A DNA stretch of 64,000 nt from Macrostomum lignano (taxonomy: Eukaryota): NCBI GenBank assembly GCA_002269645.1, contig NIVC01002957.1:3258-67257 (forward strand), written 5' to 3'. Positions 8,636 to 20,110 of this stretch are shown piece by piece. Every line of letters starts with the position of its first letter. Position 1 is the first letter of the stretch. Under the pieces are notes generated by a model that saw only the letters and a list, made by a program, of their open reading frames with translations, was not told the DNA's origin and made no database searches. The position numbers were made by a program, and so were the translations under genes.

Positions 8636-10858
8636 CTAAAGCGAATCATCATCAAACTCGTCGCCCTCGCCGCCGTCCAGCAGGTGCACCCAGCGATAGT
8701 GAGCAACCAAAGCCACCCGGTTCGGACAGAAGGTGCGGCACACCTGGCAGCCGAACGTGGTGGGCTCGCTGTGCGCCGCCGCCTCGTGCTCAGCCATGGC
8801 CGCGTCGCCGATAAGCCAGAGCCGGCACTCCGGACAGCGCCTGCCCAGCAAGGACCGGTCGGCCGGGTTCAGGTGCACCAACACCTGCGATGTAAATGGA
8901 ATTGCGTTTTTTTGCAAGGCCTTTGGTGCTTAAAGACTCAAGCTACTTACTAAGTAGTAAAATGATAGAATTTTGTGCAACGACAAGCGAACAGACCTGG
9001 TGGTTCTGCAGCAGCTCCGAGCCTGGGAAAGCTTCGTAGCAGGCGCCACACATCAACACCTGCGGCCGGCTGTGCAGTCGACTGCCAGCTCCAGCGACAG
9101 CGCCGGAGGCCTCGGCGGCCGCGGCATCGCGAACATGCCGCTGCAGTCGGGCGGGCGACACCTCGGCAAAGCAGAACGGGCACCGGGTGCTCTGCGGCCC
9201 GGCCGCTGCCGCCTCAGTCGCCGCGGTTGCATCGGCCAGCGACCAGGCCGACAGCACGCGGACTTCCTCAAGCCTGAAGGAGTCGCAAAGGCGGCGATGG
9301 TTGGCTAGAAACTCGGCCGAGACAAACGACAGCTGGCAAAGGTCGCACTGGTGCCGCTCCGACATCAGCGCGTCCTCCTCGCTGACTGTGGAGGCGTCGA
9401 GGTCGCAGGACACGGCAGCTGATGGATGCTGCTGCTGCTGCAGTCGCATTGTGGTTGGCGGAGGTGGTGGTGGCGGCGGCGGCGGCATGGACTTGTCGGG
9501 CAGCTGGCCTGGCCGCAGGCAGTGCGCTGCCGCTTCTGCTACGGATTCGTCAGTGTCCAGCAATGCCACTGGGCTGGCCGGAGGCGACACGGAGAAAGTG
9601 GCATCGGAGGCGGCGGCGGGCTCTGACGACTGTCTGGCCAGGCGGCAGTTGGCGTAGCGGAGCAGAGACTCAATTTCAGACCGGGACAGCAGCCGGTGCA
9701 CCTTGGTGATGTGCGAGTAAGCGTGCTGCCTGCGGTTGAAGCCTCGCCGACAGCGCATGCAGATGTAATTGGCGCGGTGCATGCTGCGGATGTGCCGGAG
9801 CAGGGTGGTGCGGCAGGACAGCACCTTGCCGCAGTGGCCGCACTTGCAGTTGGCTGCACTCGCGGGCTTGGAGGCTGGCTGCTTCTGTTGCTGGGCAGAC
9901 TGCAGCACCTGCGGCAGCGACTGCAGGCGGGTTATTTTCACCAGCAGCTTGCTCTTCTCGCCCGGCTGCTTTGCGGCCAAGTCAGGCGGCTCCTTCTTGA
10001 CGTCAGCAGCCGCAGCCGCCTCCGATTTCTTAAGCCGCGGCCGTCCGCCCATGGTTAACCAGGCCTCTCTGTGGTAGCGGCGCATGTGCCGGGAATAGTT
10101 AGTGAAGCCAACCAGCTTATGGCAGATCGGGCACAATTTACCCGGCCGCTTGTTGTTCGGCGTTGCCGTTGCGGCCGAACCCGCCGACGCTTTGGTTGAA
10201 TTCGTGGCCGAGCTGGAGTTCAGCGAGATCCGATCGGCGTCACTGTCGGCTCCGTCGGCTTCATCCGACTGCTCAGCTTCCTCGTGCTCCTGCTGAGCCG
10301 GCTTGTTTTTTGCTTTCCCGCCAGCTGTCAGGCGCCGATTCCCGAATTGGCGCCAGCGGTTTCGGGCTAAGCGGCGCATTTTGGCCCACTTGACCGGGTG
10401 GACGCGGCACATGTGGCTGCGGAACCCGCTGCCCGAGTGCAGCTGCCGGCCGCACTCCCGGCACTGCAGGTCCAGCGGCACCGGCACCGCGCGAGGCCCG
10501 ACCGACTTGGCCGGGCCGGCAGCCGCGCCAGGGGACAAGCGATTGCCGACGCTGCCTTCGCCGCCGCTGCCCCATCGTCTTTGCCGCCGCCACCGACGCC
10601 GGTTTCTTCAGTCCCTTCTTCAGTCGCTTCGGCCGCGTCGGCGGCGCCGGCCTCGATGCCGTGGGCCAGCAGCTCGTGGCGTTGTCGGCGGCCCCGCTGA
10701 GAGAACCGCTCGCCGCACCGGCGGCAGGCGAATTTCCAGGGCCGGTGCCGGTGCACCAGGTGGCGGCCCAGGCCCTGCGATGAGTTGGTGATGAACGGGC
10801 AGTGCGGGCACTTGTAGATGCCACCGCCGCTGCTGCCGGTGCTGCCGCGGGAGGCCAT
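8636..10858 (-). pseudogene. C2H2 zinc-finger gene, duplicate copy with 1-nt frameshift (exons 10858-8997, 8884-8636)
   Basis: Near-identical to 38347-40568, but has GATGGGGC (G4) instead of GATGGGGGC (G5) at about 10570-10573, splitting the ORF into 10367-10858 and 8943-10538. This may be a sequencing indel. Confidence 0.75.
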
Positions 10859-10974
10859 GCTTTAGCCGCTAATTAATGCAGCATTGAGCCAGATGATTCT
10901 AAGAAAATGCCGAGACGGAGCTGCTGCGGGATATTCGTGAGCTGGCATGCAGTGCCTGACATCTGGGGTTGAGG

Positions 10975-12488
10975 GTTGCTCAGGTGATAATCAGGGGGTC
11001 AAATGGGATTGACTGCTCAGGTGATAATCTGGGGATCAACTGGGATTATTGACTGCTCAGATGATAATCAGGGGATCAAATGGGATTATTGACTGCTCAG
11101 GTGATAATCAGGGGATCAAATGGAATTATTGACTGCTCAGGTGATAATCAGGGGATCAAATGGGATTATTGACTGCTCAGGTGATAATCAGGGGATCAAC
11201 TGGGATTATTGACTGCTCAGGTGATAATCAGGGGATCAAATGGAATTGTTGACTGCTCAGGTGATAATCTGGGGATCAAATGGGATTATTGACTGCTCAG
11301 ATGATATTCAGGGGATCAAATGGAATTATTGACTGCTCAGGTGATAATCTGGGGATCAAATGGGATTATTGACTGCTCAGGTGATAATCAGGGGATCAAC
11401 TGGGATTATTGACTGCTCAGGTGTTAATCAGGGGATCAAATGGGATTATTGACAGCTCAGGTGATAATCAGGGGATCAAATGGGATTATTGACTGCTCAG
11501 GTGATAATCAGGGGATCAACTGGGATTATTGACAGCTCGGGTGATAATTAGGGGATCAAATGGGATTATTGACTGCTCAGGTGATAATTAGGGGAACAAC
11601 TGGGATTATTGACTGCTCAGGTGATAATCAGGGGATCAAATGGGATTATTGACTGCTCAGGTGATAATCAGGGGATCAAATGGGATTATTGACTGCTCAG
11701 GTGATAATCTGGGGATCAAATGGGATTATTGACTGCTCAGATGATAATCAGGGGATCAAATGGGATTATTGACTGCTCAGGTGATAATCAGGGGATCAAA
11801 TGGGATTATTGACTTCTCAGGTGATAATTAGGGGATCAAATGGGATTATTGACTGCTCAGGTGATAATCAGGGGATCAAATGGGATTATTGACTGCTCAG
11901 GTGATAATCAGGGGATCAAATGGGATTATTGACTGCTCAGGTGATAATCAGGGGATCAAATGGAATTATTGACTGCTCAGGTGATAATCAGGGGATCAAA
12001 TGGGATTATTGACTGCTCAGGTGATAATCAGGGGATCAACTGGGATTATTGACTGCTCAGGTGATAATCAGGGGATCAAATGGAATTGTTGACTGCTCAG
12101 GTGATAATCTGGGGATCAAATGGGATTATTGACTGCTCAGATGATAATCAGGGGATCAAATGGAATTATTGACTGCTCAGGTGATAATCTGGGGATCAAA
12201 TGGGATTATTGACTGCTCAGGTGATAATCAGGGGATCAACTGGGATTATTGACTGCTCAGGTGTTAATCAGGGGATCAAATGGGATTATTGACAGCTCAG
12301 GTGATAATCAGGGGATCAAATGGGATTATTGACTGCTCAGGTGATAATCAGGGGATCAACTGGGATTATTGACAGCTCGGGTGATAATTAGGGGATCAAC
12401 TGGGATTATTGACTGCTCAGGTGATAATTAGGGGAACAACTGGGATTATTGACTGCTCAGGTGATAATCTGGGGATCAACTGGGATTA
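10975..12488. repeat. 40-bp minisatellite (GTGATAATCAGGGGATCAAATGGGATTATTGACTGCTCAG)n
   Basis: Strict 40-nt periodicity. Inverted counterpart at 36541-38228. Confidence 0.95.
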
Positions 12489-13381
12489 TAACAGAGCAAA
12501 AATCTCTCTAGTGCATAAAAAATTCCACAAAGCAGACACCTGCAATAAAGAAGGCGGAACACAATAAACAAGATCTGAATAGAACGCAGTAACAATTCAA
12601 ATATTTATTCAATATTTGACATCTGAATAAAGCTTGAAACTAACTAATCGAAGTAAGAACCGATCAGGAAATTTCATCGCGATAGGGTGAGGGTCGCCTT
12701 GGCACTGCAGCGCTTACAGAGCACAGTTTATAGATAGAAACGAATATCCAAGTAGCAAAAATAGAAAAATTAAACAAAACTTTTTTATCAATAGACTTCA
12801 AGATAAGGCTTACACAGATTCTATTTATTGCTATAAGTTACCGGTTTAATAAAATCTGCAATAGGATTAAGAATGTGCATTGCGAATAAAAAAGGATGAG
12901 TTCTTGGAAAAATTAAAATCATTAAACGCCAATTAAAAAAGCCTTTAAAATTGTATTGAAAACATACTATACACACTACTGATCGATCGATCCAAGTAAG
13001 TAGTTGAGATGCTGAGAAATAGGAAAACAAAATCGCGCAAGATTCATGGCAATCTGATTACCGCACAGAGTTCCCTTATATTATGTTTCTAGTTTTTATT
13101 TGATTTTGAATGTCTACAACTACTTAAAGTAGTAGCTGGATTTACCAAGAAATGGCACCCGGCGGCAATGCGAACAGCCGATGATGTACAAAAACAAAGA
13201 GGAATTACGGATTAATAAATAATTAAAAAATTGATAAAAATTTTAGTGACACCCGAAGTTATATAAAGATAATTCGTTGCTTTCCACCATAGCTAAACAA
13301 AAAGCCGAACTAACTTACTCGCTACTAACAGTAGTAAATATAAAATTAAGTTTCAATCGGTGTGTAGATGCGGCCTGGCTG

Positions 13382-14787
13382 TTACAGAATGTCGCGCCAG
13401 TTCAACTTCGCGTCGACCTGGTGGTCGCCATCAACCGTCAGGTCGTCCAGATGGTCGGCCAAATCGACCCGGAAGCGGGCCCGGAAGTTGGCCTCCGTAG
13501 GCATGTAGGGATACCAGAATACGAAGTTCACATCCCAGACATTGTTAAGCATGTTGAATGAGATGCCGGCAACCTTGGAATCGGGCACGGGGCTCATGGG
13601 CACCGGCCACACGGTCGGCCCGTAGGAGGCCGTGCGCGGACAGGCCAGGCTGGAGTCCAGCGACTGAACTCGCAGCTCCGCTTTGCCCTGCGACAAAAAT
13701 AGTAGCGATGCTCTACTGTCAGTAGGTTGGATAGGAAGCTGCGGCACTTATTAAATTAGGAGTGTGCACAAATCTATGTTGGCAATATTCAGGAAAGAGG
13801 TTTTAAAGGTGATTTTAATCTTATTACAGCACTTATTGGAAATCGATTCTTTATACTCGTAGTAATTAGAAGACCGTTTCTTTCATAGCGCTTGGGAGGC
13901 AGCTTTTGACGTAGGATTAGAGGGAGGTTTTGATAAGGGATTAGAGAGAGATTTGACATGCTTATAGAGAGATTTTAATAAGGGATTAGAGAGAGATTTG
14001 ACATGCTTTTAGAGAGATTTTAATAAGGGATTAGAGGGAGATTTGACATGCTTTTAGAGAGATTTTAATAAGGGATTAGAGGGAGATTTGACATGCTTTT
14101 AGAGAGATTTTAATAAGGGATTAGAGGGAGATTTCACATGCTTTTAGAGAGATTTTAATAAGGGATTAGAGAGAGATTTGACATGCTTTTAGAGAGATTT
14201 TGATAAGGGATCAGAGAGAGATTTGACATGCTTTTAGAGAGATTTTGATAATGGATTAGAGAGAGATTTGACAAGCTTTTAGAGAGATTTTAATAAGGGA
14301 TTAGAGGGAGATTTCAACATGGGATTAAAGGAAGATTTTGACATGGGATTCGGGAAAAATTTTGACATGGGATTAGAAGGAGATTTTGACATGGGATTCG
14401 AGAGAGATTTGACATGGGATTCGAGAGAGATTTGACATGGGATTAGAGGGACATTTTGACATGGGATTAGAGGGAGATTTTGACGTGTTTAAGGGAGATT
14501 TTCTTAAAACCGGGAACATACTTTACCTGCTGACGGAAGGCGACGCTGTACGGCGAGTGGCCAACCATGTGCTGCCAGACGCTGCCGTTGGCGGCCACCT
14601 GGCCAACGGCGATATCGTGGCCCAGCTTATTAAGCACGGCCAGGGCGCCAGGCGGCTTTGGGAAGTCAATATAGAAAGCCTCCATCAGGCGGGTGGGAGT
14701 TTTGCTTAGCGACCAGCTGTGCAGAGTGTAGCCGGTGCCAGTGAAGTTGTACATGGCCCACATGCTGGCCGGGGCGCCGTATTTCAC
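13382..14787 (-). pseudogene. Orphan duplicate of last two exons of the GH38-like/DUF5054 gene (14787-14527, 13687-13382)
   Basis: Near-identical to exons 34419-34679 and 35472-35777 with intact splice sites. The upstream exons are absent because the duplication breakpoint lies in intron 4. Confidence 0.85.
13915..14495. repeat. 45-bp (two ~22-bp subunits) minisatellite
   Basis: AGGGATTAGAGAGAGATTTGACATGCTTTTAGAGAGATTTTAATA repeats. Counterpart at 34722-35245. Confidence 0.9.
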
Positions 14788-14917
14788 CTGGGGGGGGGGT
14801 GACAAAGATGTGCCTGCATTGTGCTGTACTTTTATGCCGATTCGGATATTTTACACCAGTCATAAAATTTCACACTAAATTAAATATTTTTCTAAACACG
14901 ATGTAACGCATCATAGA

Positions 14918-15727
14918 AGGTCCCATTTTGGACTCCATAACAGGTCCCGTTTTTGACTCCATAACAGGTCCTAATTTAGACTTCGTAACAGGTCTCATTT
15001 CAGACTCCATAACAGATCCCGTTTTTGACTCCATAACAGGTCCCATTTTGGACTCCATAACAGGTCCCATTTTGGACTCCATAACAGGTCTCATTTCAGA
15101 CTCCATAACAGATCCCGTTTTTGACTCCATAACAGGTCCCGTTTTTGACTCCATAACAGGTCCTAATTTAGACTTCATAACAGGTCTCATTTCAGACTCC
15201 ATAACAGATCCCGTTTTTGACTCCATAACAGGTCCCATTTCGGACTTTATAACAGATCCTAATTCAGACTCCATAACAGGTCCCATTTTAGACTCCATAA
15301 CAGGTCCCGTTTTTGACTCCATAACAGGTCCCAATTAAGACTCCATAACAGGCCCCATTTTGGACTCCATAACAGGTCCCATTTTAGACTCCATAACACG
15401 TCCCGTTTTTGACTCCATAACAGGTCCCATTTTAGACTCCATAACAAGTCCCATTTTGGACTCCATAACAGGTCCCATTTTGGACTCCATAACAGGTCCC
15501 ATTTTAGACTCCATAACACGTCCCGTTTTTGACTCCATAACAGGTCCCAATTAAGACTCCATAACAAGTCCCATTTTGGACTCCATAACAGGTCCCAATT
15601 TAGGCTCCGTAACAGGTCCCATTTTGGACTCCATAACAGGTCCCAATTTAGACTCCGTAACAGGTCCCATTTTGGACTCCATAACAGGTCCCAATTTAGA
15701 CTCCGTAACAGGTCCCAATCATAACAG
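14918..15727. repeat. 24-bp minisatellite (GACTCCATAACAGGTCCCATTTTG)n
   Basis: Tandem copies. Counterpart at 32606-34283. Confidence 0.95.
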
Positions 15728-17724
15728 GTCGATGATTTTACTACTATGAACTACATGTACTAAAGGGCGGGACAAGAGCTAAGTGGGTACAAAAGATTCA
15801 AGGAAAAGGTTACATTTTTTCTGTGAGCCTTTAAAAGGAATAGTAAATAGCCTTAAGTGTCATGTTATCAAAGATTCTGCTACATCGGGTTTTTTTCCAT
15901 TAACGTTAACGCATTTACTACGATGCGGCCTTCTGGCAAAACCTTTGATGAATATCTTGATACTCAGAAGATATAGCGACGTAATAATATCTTATTGAGA
16001 AATAAAATGGGAAACAAGTTGTTGCAGTGAAGTTCGGTAGTAAATTATTTTTAGTAGCTCAATTTCGCATTAGTATTTGGCATTTGCATTTACGTACATT
16101 TAAAGTTATGCAAAATACGCATTTACACTCAAACTTGAAATGATGGATAAAGGGTAATTAATTTTAAGACTAATATCAGCAGAAAGAATATAGACTATCT
16201 AAAATACGAGTAATCATATCTGGTTTATGCTTCCTGAATGTTAAAAGTAGGTAATAGTATGCAATTTAGTTACGGATGTAGACAACATAGGAAATGTATC
16301 AGGGCATTAGTTATTTGAGCATTTTGTGTTGTTTTTTGTTTTTTTTCTCGATTTTTTACTTTGCGAGTTTTTGCAATAGAAAGTTTTAGGGGAGACCCAA
16401 AATTCCCGATTGACATTCAGATTCACATTCAAATTTTAACAAAGCCGCTGTAACTTTTCTTTACTTAAACGAAACGCTTTAAAATTTTACAAAAACTTTG
16501 ACGCAATCAAGAAAAAAAACCACGTAAAATATCTCGGAATTTTAAAATAGACTGTACAAATTATTCACATTTAAAGGGTGCGTTCGAGTGGCTTAAAATA
16601 AGTTAAAATGACTTAAAATGAGTTTAAGCGCCATTTTAACGTCCTCAGTAAAACAAAACAAATGACAAGATTTCATTTTAAAAAACCGGAAAGTATCTGT
16701 ACACAATGTTTTAAGGGTTATAAAAATCTAGTTTAAAATTTTAAATGGGTAGATAGTCAGTCTAAACCTGTTTTTTACATTTTCAGATGGTAATTTATAA
16801 CAAATCGTTAAGTGAGAAATATTTGTCAATGCTGCTTCAGTAAATTGCTTTTTACTAGTGTTGTTCTTTTAGTGTGAATATTCATTTTAACAATAGTAAA
16901 TATCAGTTTAAATTACTCTATCGATAGGTGTGATGAAGTCTAGCTGGCAGTGCATTCTTCGAGCACGCGGTGCCCGAAAGAATAAGTGGTAAAATTATAT
17001 CCGCGCTTTCAATTATAAGTATTCACTGATTGAATAATGTGCATATTGGAAGCAGCTTTACATGTAATTATGTATAGTAGCTGGCATGGTAAAGCTGTCT
17101 TATATCGCTTCTTTTGACTTAATGCCAGAATATGTTTACACATGGCAGCAACTGAATATCTTCAGTAAAAGGAAAAATACGAGTTGCGAGTCTATGTGAT
17201 AAACAAATATACCTGGCTTATGCATCAACTCCTAGTCCCCATGCATGCAATCTACTTTTTTGTTCTGTTGATGGTTCTCTGAATTATTTACTAATGATGA
17301 GAATGTGCCTTATTATTCAATATTCCTTTATTTTTTAAATCAATATTAACCCTCCTCCCAACCAAAACTGTCATTCTCAATTTTTACTGCTTTTAATTTC
17401 TACTTTTACTTATTAACTCGTAAATATAATGTATACTATGTACACACTGCTAAAATTAGTAGTGTAAAAATCCACCAAAAATTAATTTCTAAGTCCATTT
17501 TAAATAAAATTAAATACACATCGTAGAAGATTATTTACATGTCTATTTCTTACTGTGATTGCAAGATGTGCTGAAAGGATGCTTATTATTTTCATTTTTT
17601 CTTATATAATCGCCTGGGCCTTGCTTCCTACAGCTAGAGTTGTAACTTTACTGGGTATGGGGGCACACCAAAGTACTTTTGACATTTGTACTTTATTTTT
17701 CAACTCAATAGCTAAGCAGATGAT

Positions 17725-19203
17725 CCCAAGGATAACGGGAAGGTTCGACTTATTCATGACTGCAGCACGCCTCCGGGCTACTCGGTAAATGACAACTATA
17801 CGAAGAAGCTGAGCCCCAGGTTTGAGTCCGTCAAGAAGGTTGCAGCCTCTATCGGCAAGGGCTGGTTCATGGCAAAGCTTGACTCGTCGCAAGCTTACAG
17901 AAGCGTGGCGATCCATCTGGATGATTACCAGGCGACCGGCATTGGTTGGCGCTTTAAAGGCAACTGTGATCTGACATGGCTTGTCGACACCCGGCTACCC
18001 TTTGGTAGCTGCGCCTCGGTCGAGATTTTCTACCGGCTTACTCAAGCGGTCAAGAGGATGATGGTGCGACGCGGCGTGGCCAATATTTCGGTTTACCTGG
18101 ATGATTTTCTGGTTGCGGCCAAGAGCGAGAAAGAGTGTATGGATGCTCTGAAAGAGCTGATTAAGCTGGTTCGCCAGTTAGGTTTTGGTGTCAATTGGAA
18201 CAAAGTGGTTGAACCTACGCAATGCTTGGTGTATCTCGGTGTGAAGATTGATACTGTCCGTGGAGTTCTTAGTGTGCCGGCGGAAAAGTGTGAGGAAATG
18301 CGCACCACACTGCTTAACTTTTCGCAGCGCAGGCGTCTCTCGAAACGACAGCTTTCGTCGCTTTGTGGCAAGCTCAGCTGGGTCGTCCAGGTGGTGCACG
18401 CTGGGAGTTGCTTCCTAAGACCCCTGTTCGACCTGCTTAATGCCCTGGAAAAGCCACATCACAAAGTGCGTGTGTCCGCTGACACTGTGCGTATTTTACT
18501 CTGGTGGCGAGGTGCCCTTCTGAAGCTGCCTGATTTTCAGCTTTGGAGAAGTTGCACAAACGGCTGGATCATCGAAACCGATGCGAGCAGTGCTGGTGGC
18601 GGAGCCATTTTGCGCAATGGTAGCGGTATGGTGGATTGGCTGTACGTCAATTGGGATCTGGATGCTGGAGGAAAGTTTAAAGACAAGCATATCACGTACA
18701 AAGAAGCTATTGTTCCGCTGCTGGCTATGGTGCGCTGGGGTGCCTTTTTAAATGACAGTTCGGTCGTGGTCTACTCCGACTCTAGTGCGGCTGTTGGCAT
18801 GATTAACAGAGGTTGCTGTCGGCAGCCTGAGTTGCAGCCGCTGTTCCAGACTGCCATGCTCATTGCTGTTAGGCGTGGGGTTGAGGTGCGCGCTTTTCAT
18901 GTGCCTGGCTGGTACCACGTCTTTGCGGACCCGTGCTCTAGGCTGCACGCCGTGGACAAAATGCGCGATTTTTTATTTCGGGTGTATGGCTCTGTTGACT
19001 GCTGTTTTAACGAGATCGCTAGCCATGCTTTCTGCCCTGCTGCCTCCGTTTTTCTCATTTTACAGGCCCTCCGCGCCAGACTCCCGACCGCCTCAGCAAG
19101 CGTTGCGCGTTTATCCTGGGCAATGCCTACGCGCCCCGCACGAAGCGGAGTTACCGGTCGCAGTTCGCGTCTTGGCTGCGATTTTGCAATTCCCGGCACC
19201 TGA
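17725..19203 (+). CDS. Ngaro-type reverse transcriptase/RNase H (N-truncated)
   Basis: The frame opens at PKDNGKVRLIHDCS..SVND (17725), upstream of the ORF-track ATG at 17869. Motifs: RLPFG, YLDDF, YLGV, ETDAS, YKEA, YSDS, HVPG...ADPCSR. Confidence 0.85.
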   Translation, partial: PKDNGKVRLIHDCSTPPGYSVNDNYTKKLSPRFESVKKVAASIGKGWFMAKLDSSQAYRSVAIHLDDYQATGIGWRFKGNCDLTWLVDTRLPFGSCASVEIFYRLTQAVKRMMVRRGVANISVYLDDFLVAAKSEKECMDALKELIKLVRQLGFGVNWNKVVEPTQCLVYLGVKIDTVRGVLSVPAEKCEEMRTTLLNFSQRRRLSKRQLSSLCGKLSWVVQVVHAGSCFLRPLFDLLNALEKPHHKVRVSADTVRILLWWRGALLKLPDFQLWRSCTNGWIIETDASSAGGGAILRNGSGMVDWLYVNWDLDAGGKFKDKHITYKEAIVPLLAMVRWGAFLNDSSVVVYSDSSAAVGMINRGCCRQPELQPLFQTAMLIAVRRGVEVRAFHVPGWYHVFADPCSRLHAVDKMRDFLFRVYGSVDCCFNEIASHAFCPAASVFLILQALRARLPTASASVARLSWAMPTRPARSGVTGRSSRLGCDFAIPGT

Positions 19204-20066
19204 CGCCGCTGCGGGCAGAGCCTGTGCACGTGGCTGAATACCTGGCCGAGCTGTCCACCCGGCTGTCAGCCTTTCGGAGTTGCCAGGCGTATGCTAACGC
19301 GGTCTCGCTGTACTTCAGAGCTCTCGGCCGGCCGGACCCGTGCGAGTCGCCGATGGTTAAGCTGGTGCTTCGTGGTCTTCGCCGGTGTCTCAGTCGGCAG
19401 CAGCGCTCAAGGGAGCCATTCAGAGTCGCGGATCTCCTCAAGCTACACGCCCACCTGGACCAACGTCTGAAGAGTGACATCGCGTTCTGGGCAGCAGTTC
19501 TGGCAGCCTGGTGGGGTATGCTGCGAAAAGCGAATGTGACGACGCAATCGGGGCAGCTCGATCTGTGGTGCGACCTGGCAGCATCGAGCATCGTCTTCTC
19601 AGAGTACGACTGTGAGCTCACTGTGCGGCATTCGAAGACCAACCAGTTTGGCGATCGAGTTCAGCGAGTGTTTCTTCCGAAACTGCCTGATGGAAGCTTG
19701 GGTGTCCTGTGCCCGTTCCGTGCGCTCGAGCGGCAGCTATACGGACAAACCGAATCGGCCAGGCGCCGCGTCCGGTTCACCTGTTCTCCACGTGGTCGTC
19801 CGCGGGATGGTTGCCTCTGACGGCTAGCAGGTTTGATAGCCGGCTTCGTTCGCTCTGCACATCGGCGGGTTTGTCGCCACGCGAGTTCACTGGCCACGGG
19901 CTGCGGCGGGGCGGCGCTACGGCAGCCATGCAGCTCGGTGTTCCACTGTCGATGATCAAGAAGCTGGGCGACTGGAAGGGCAACTCAGTGTTTCGCTATT
20001 TATCTGTTCGGGACTCGGATGCCAGGGCGGCTGTGCATGGCTTGGCTCGTCGGGTTGGCGCGCTCT

Positions 20067-20068
<2 letters not shown>
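19066..20068 (+). pseudogene. Tyrosine recombinase of Ngaro element, frameshifted
   Basis: AYAPRTKRSY...LRFC (about 19123 onward), WWGMLRKAN, HSKTNQFG and CPFRAL in the frame of 19224-19820. HGLRRGGAT and GDWKGNSVFRY are in the frame of 19709-20068. Confidence 0.82.

Positions 20069-20108
<40 letters not shown>
20069..20108. repeat. (CT)n microsatellite directly after the recombinase stop
   Basis: About 20 CT units seen directly. Confidence 0.95.

Positions 20109-20110
<2 letters not shown>

Larger units (their letters stand above)
5558..15740 (-). repeat. Left arm of ~10 kb inverted segmental duplication
   Basis: Same order of unique blocks and six minisatellites as the reverse complement of 32597-43327. 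The inner breakpoint follows GATGATTTTA (15740 pairs with 32597). Confidence 0.95.

Noticed and set aside
8626-10824. Many overlapping short ORFs around the zinc-finger genes (also 38381-40578) and around 59000-61900
   Set aside because: Shadow frames of GC-rich coding exons, with no domain features.
10975-12488. 40-bp and other regular arrays as CRISPR arrays
   Set aside because: Head-to-tail repeats without unique spacers, no cas genes, eukaryotic context.
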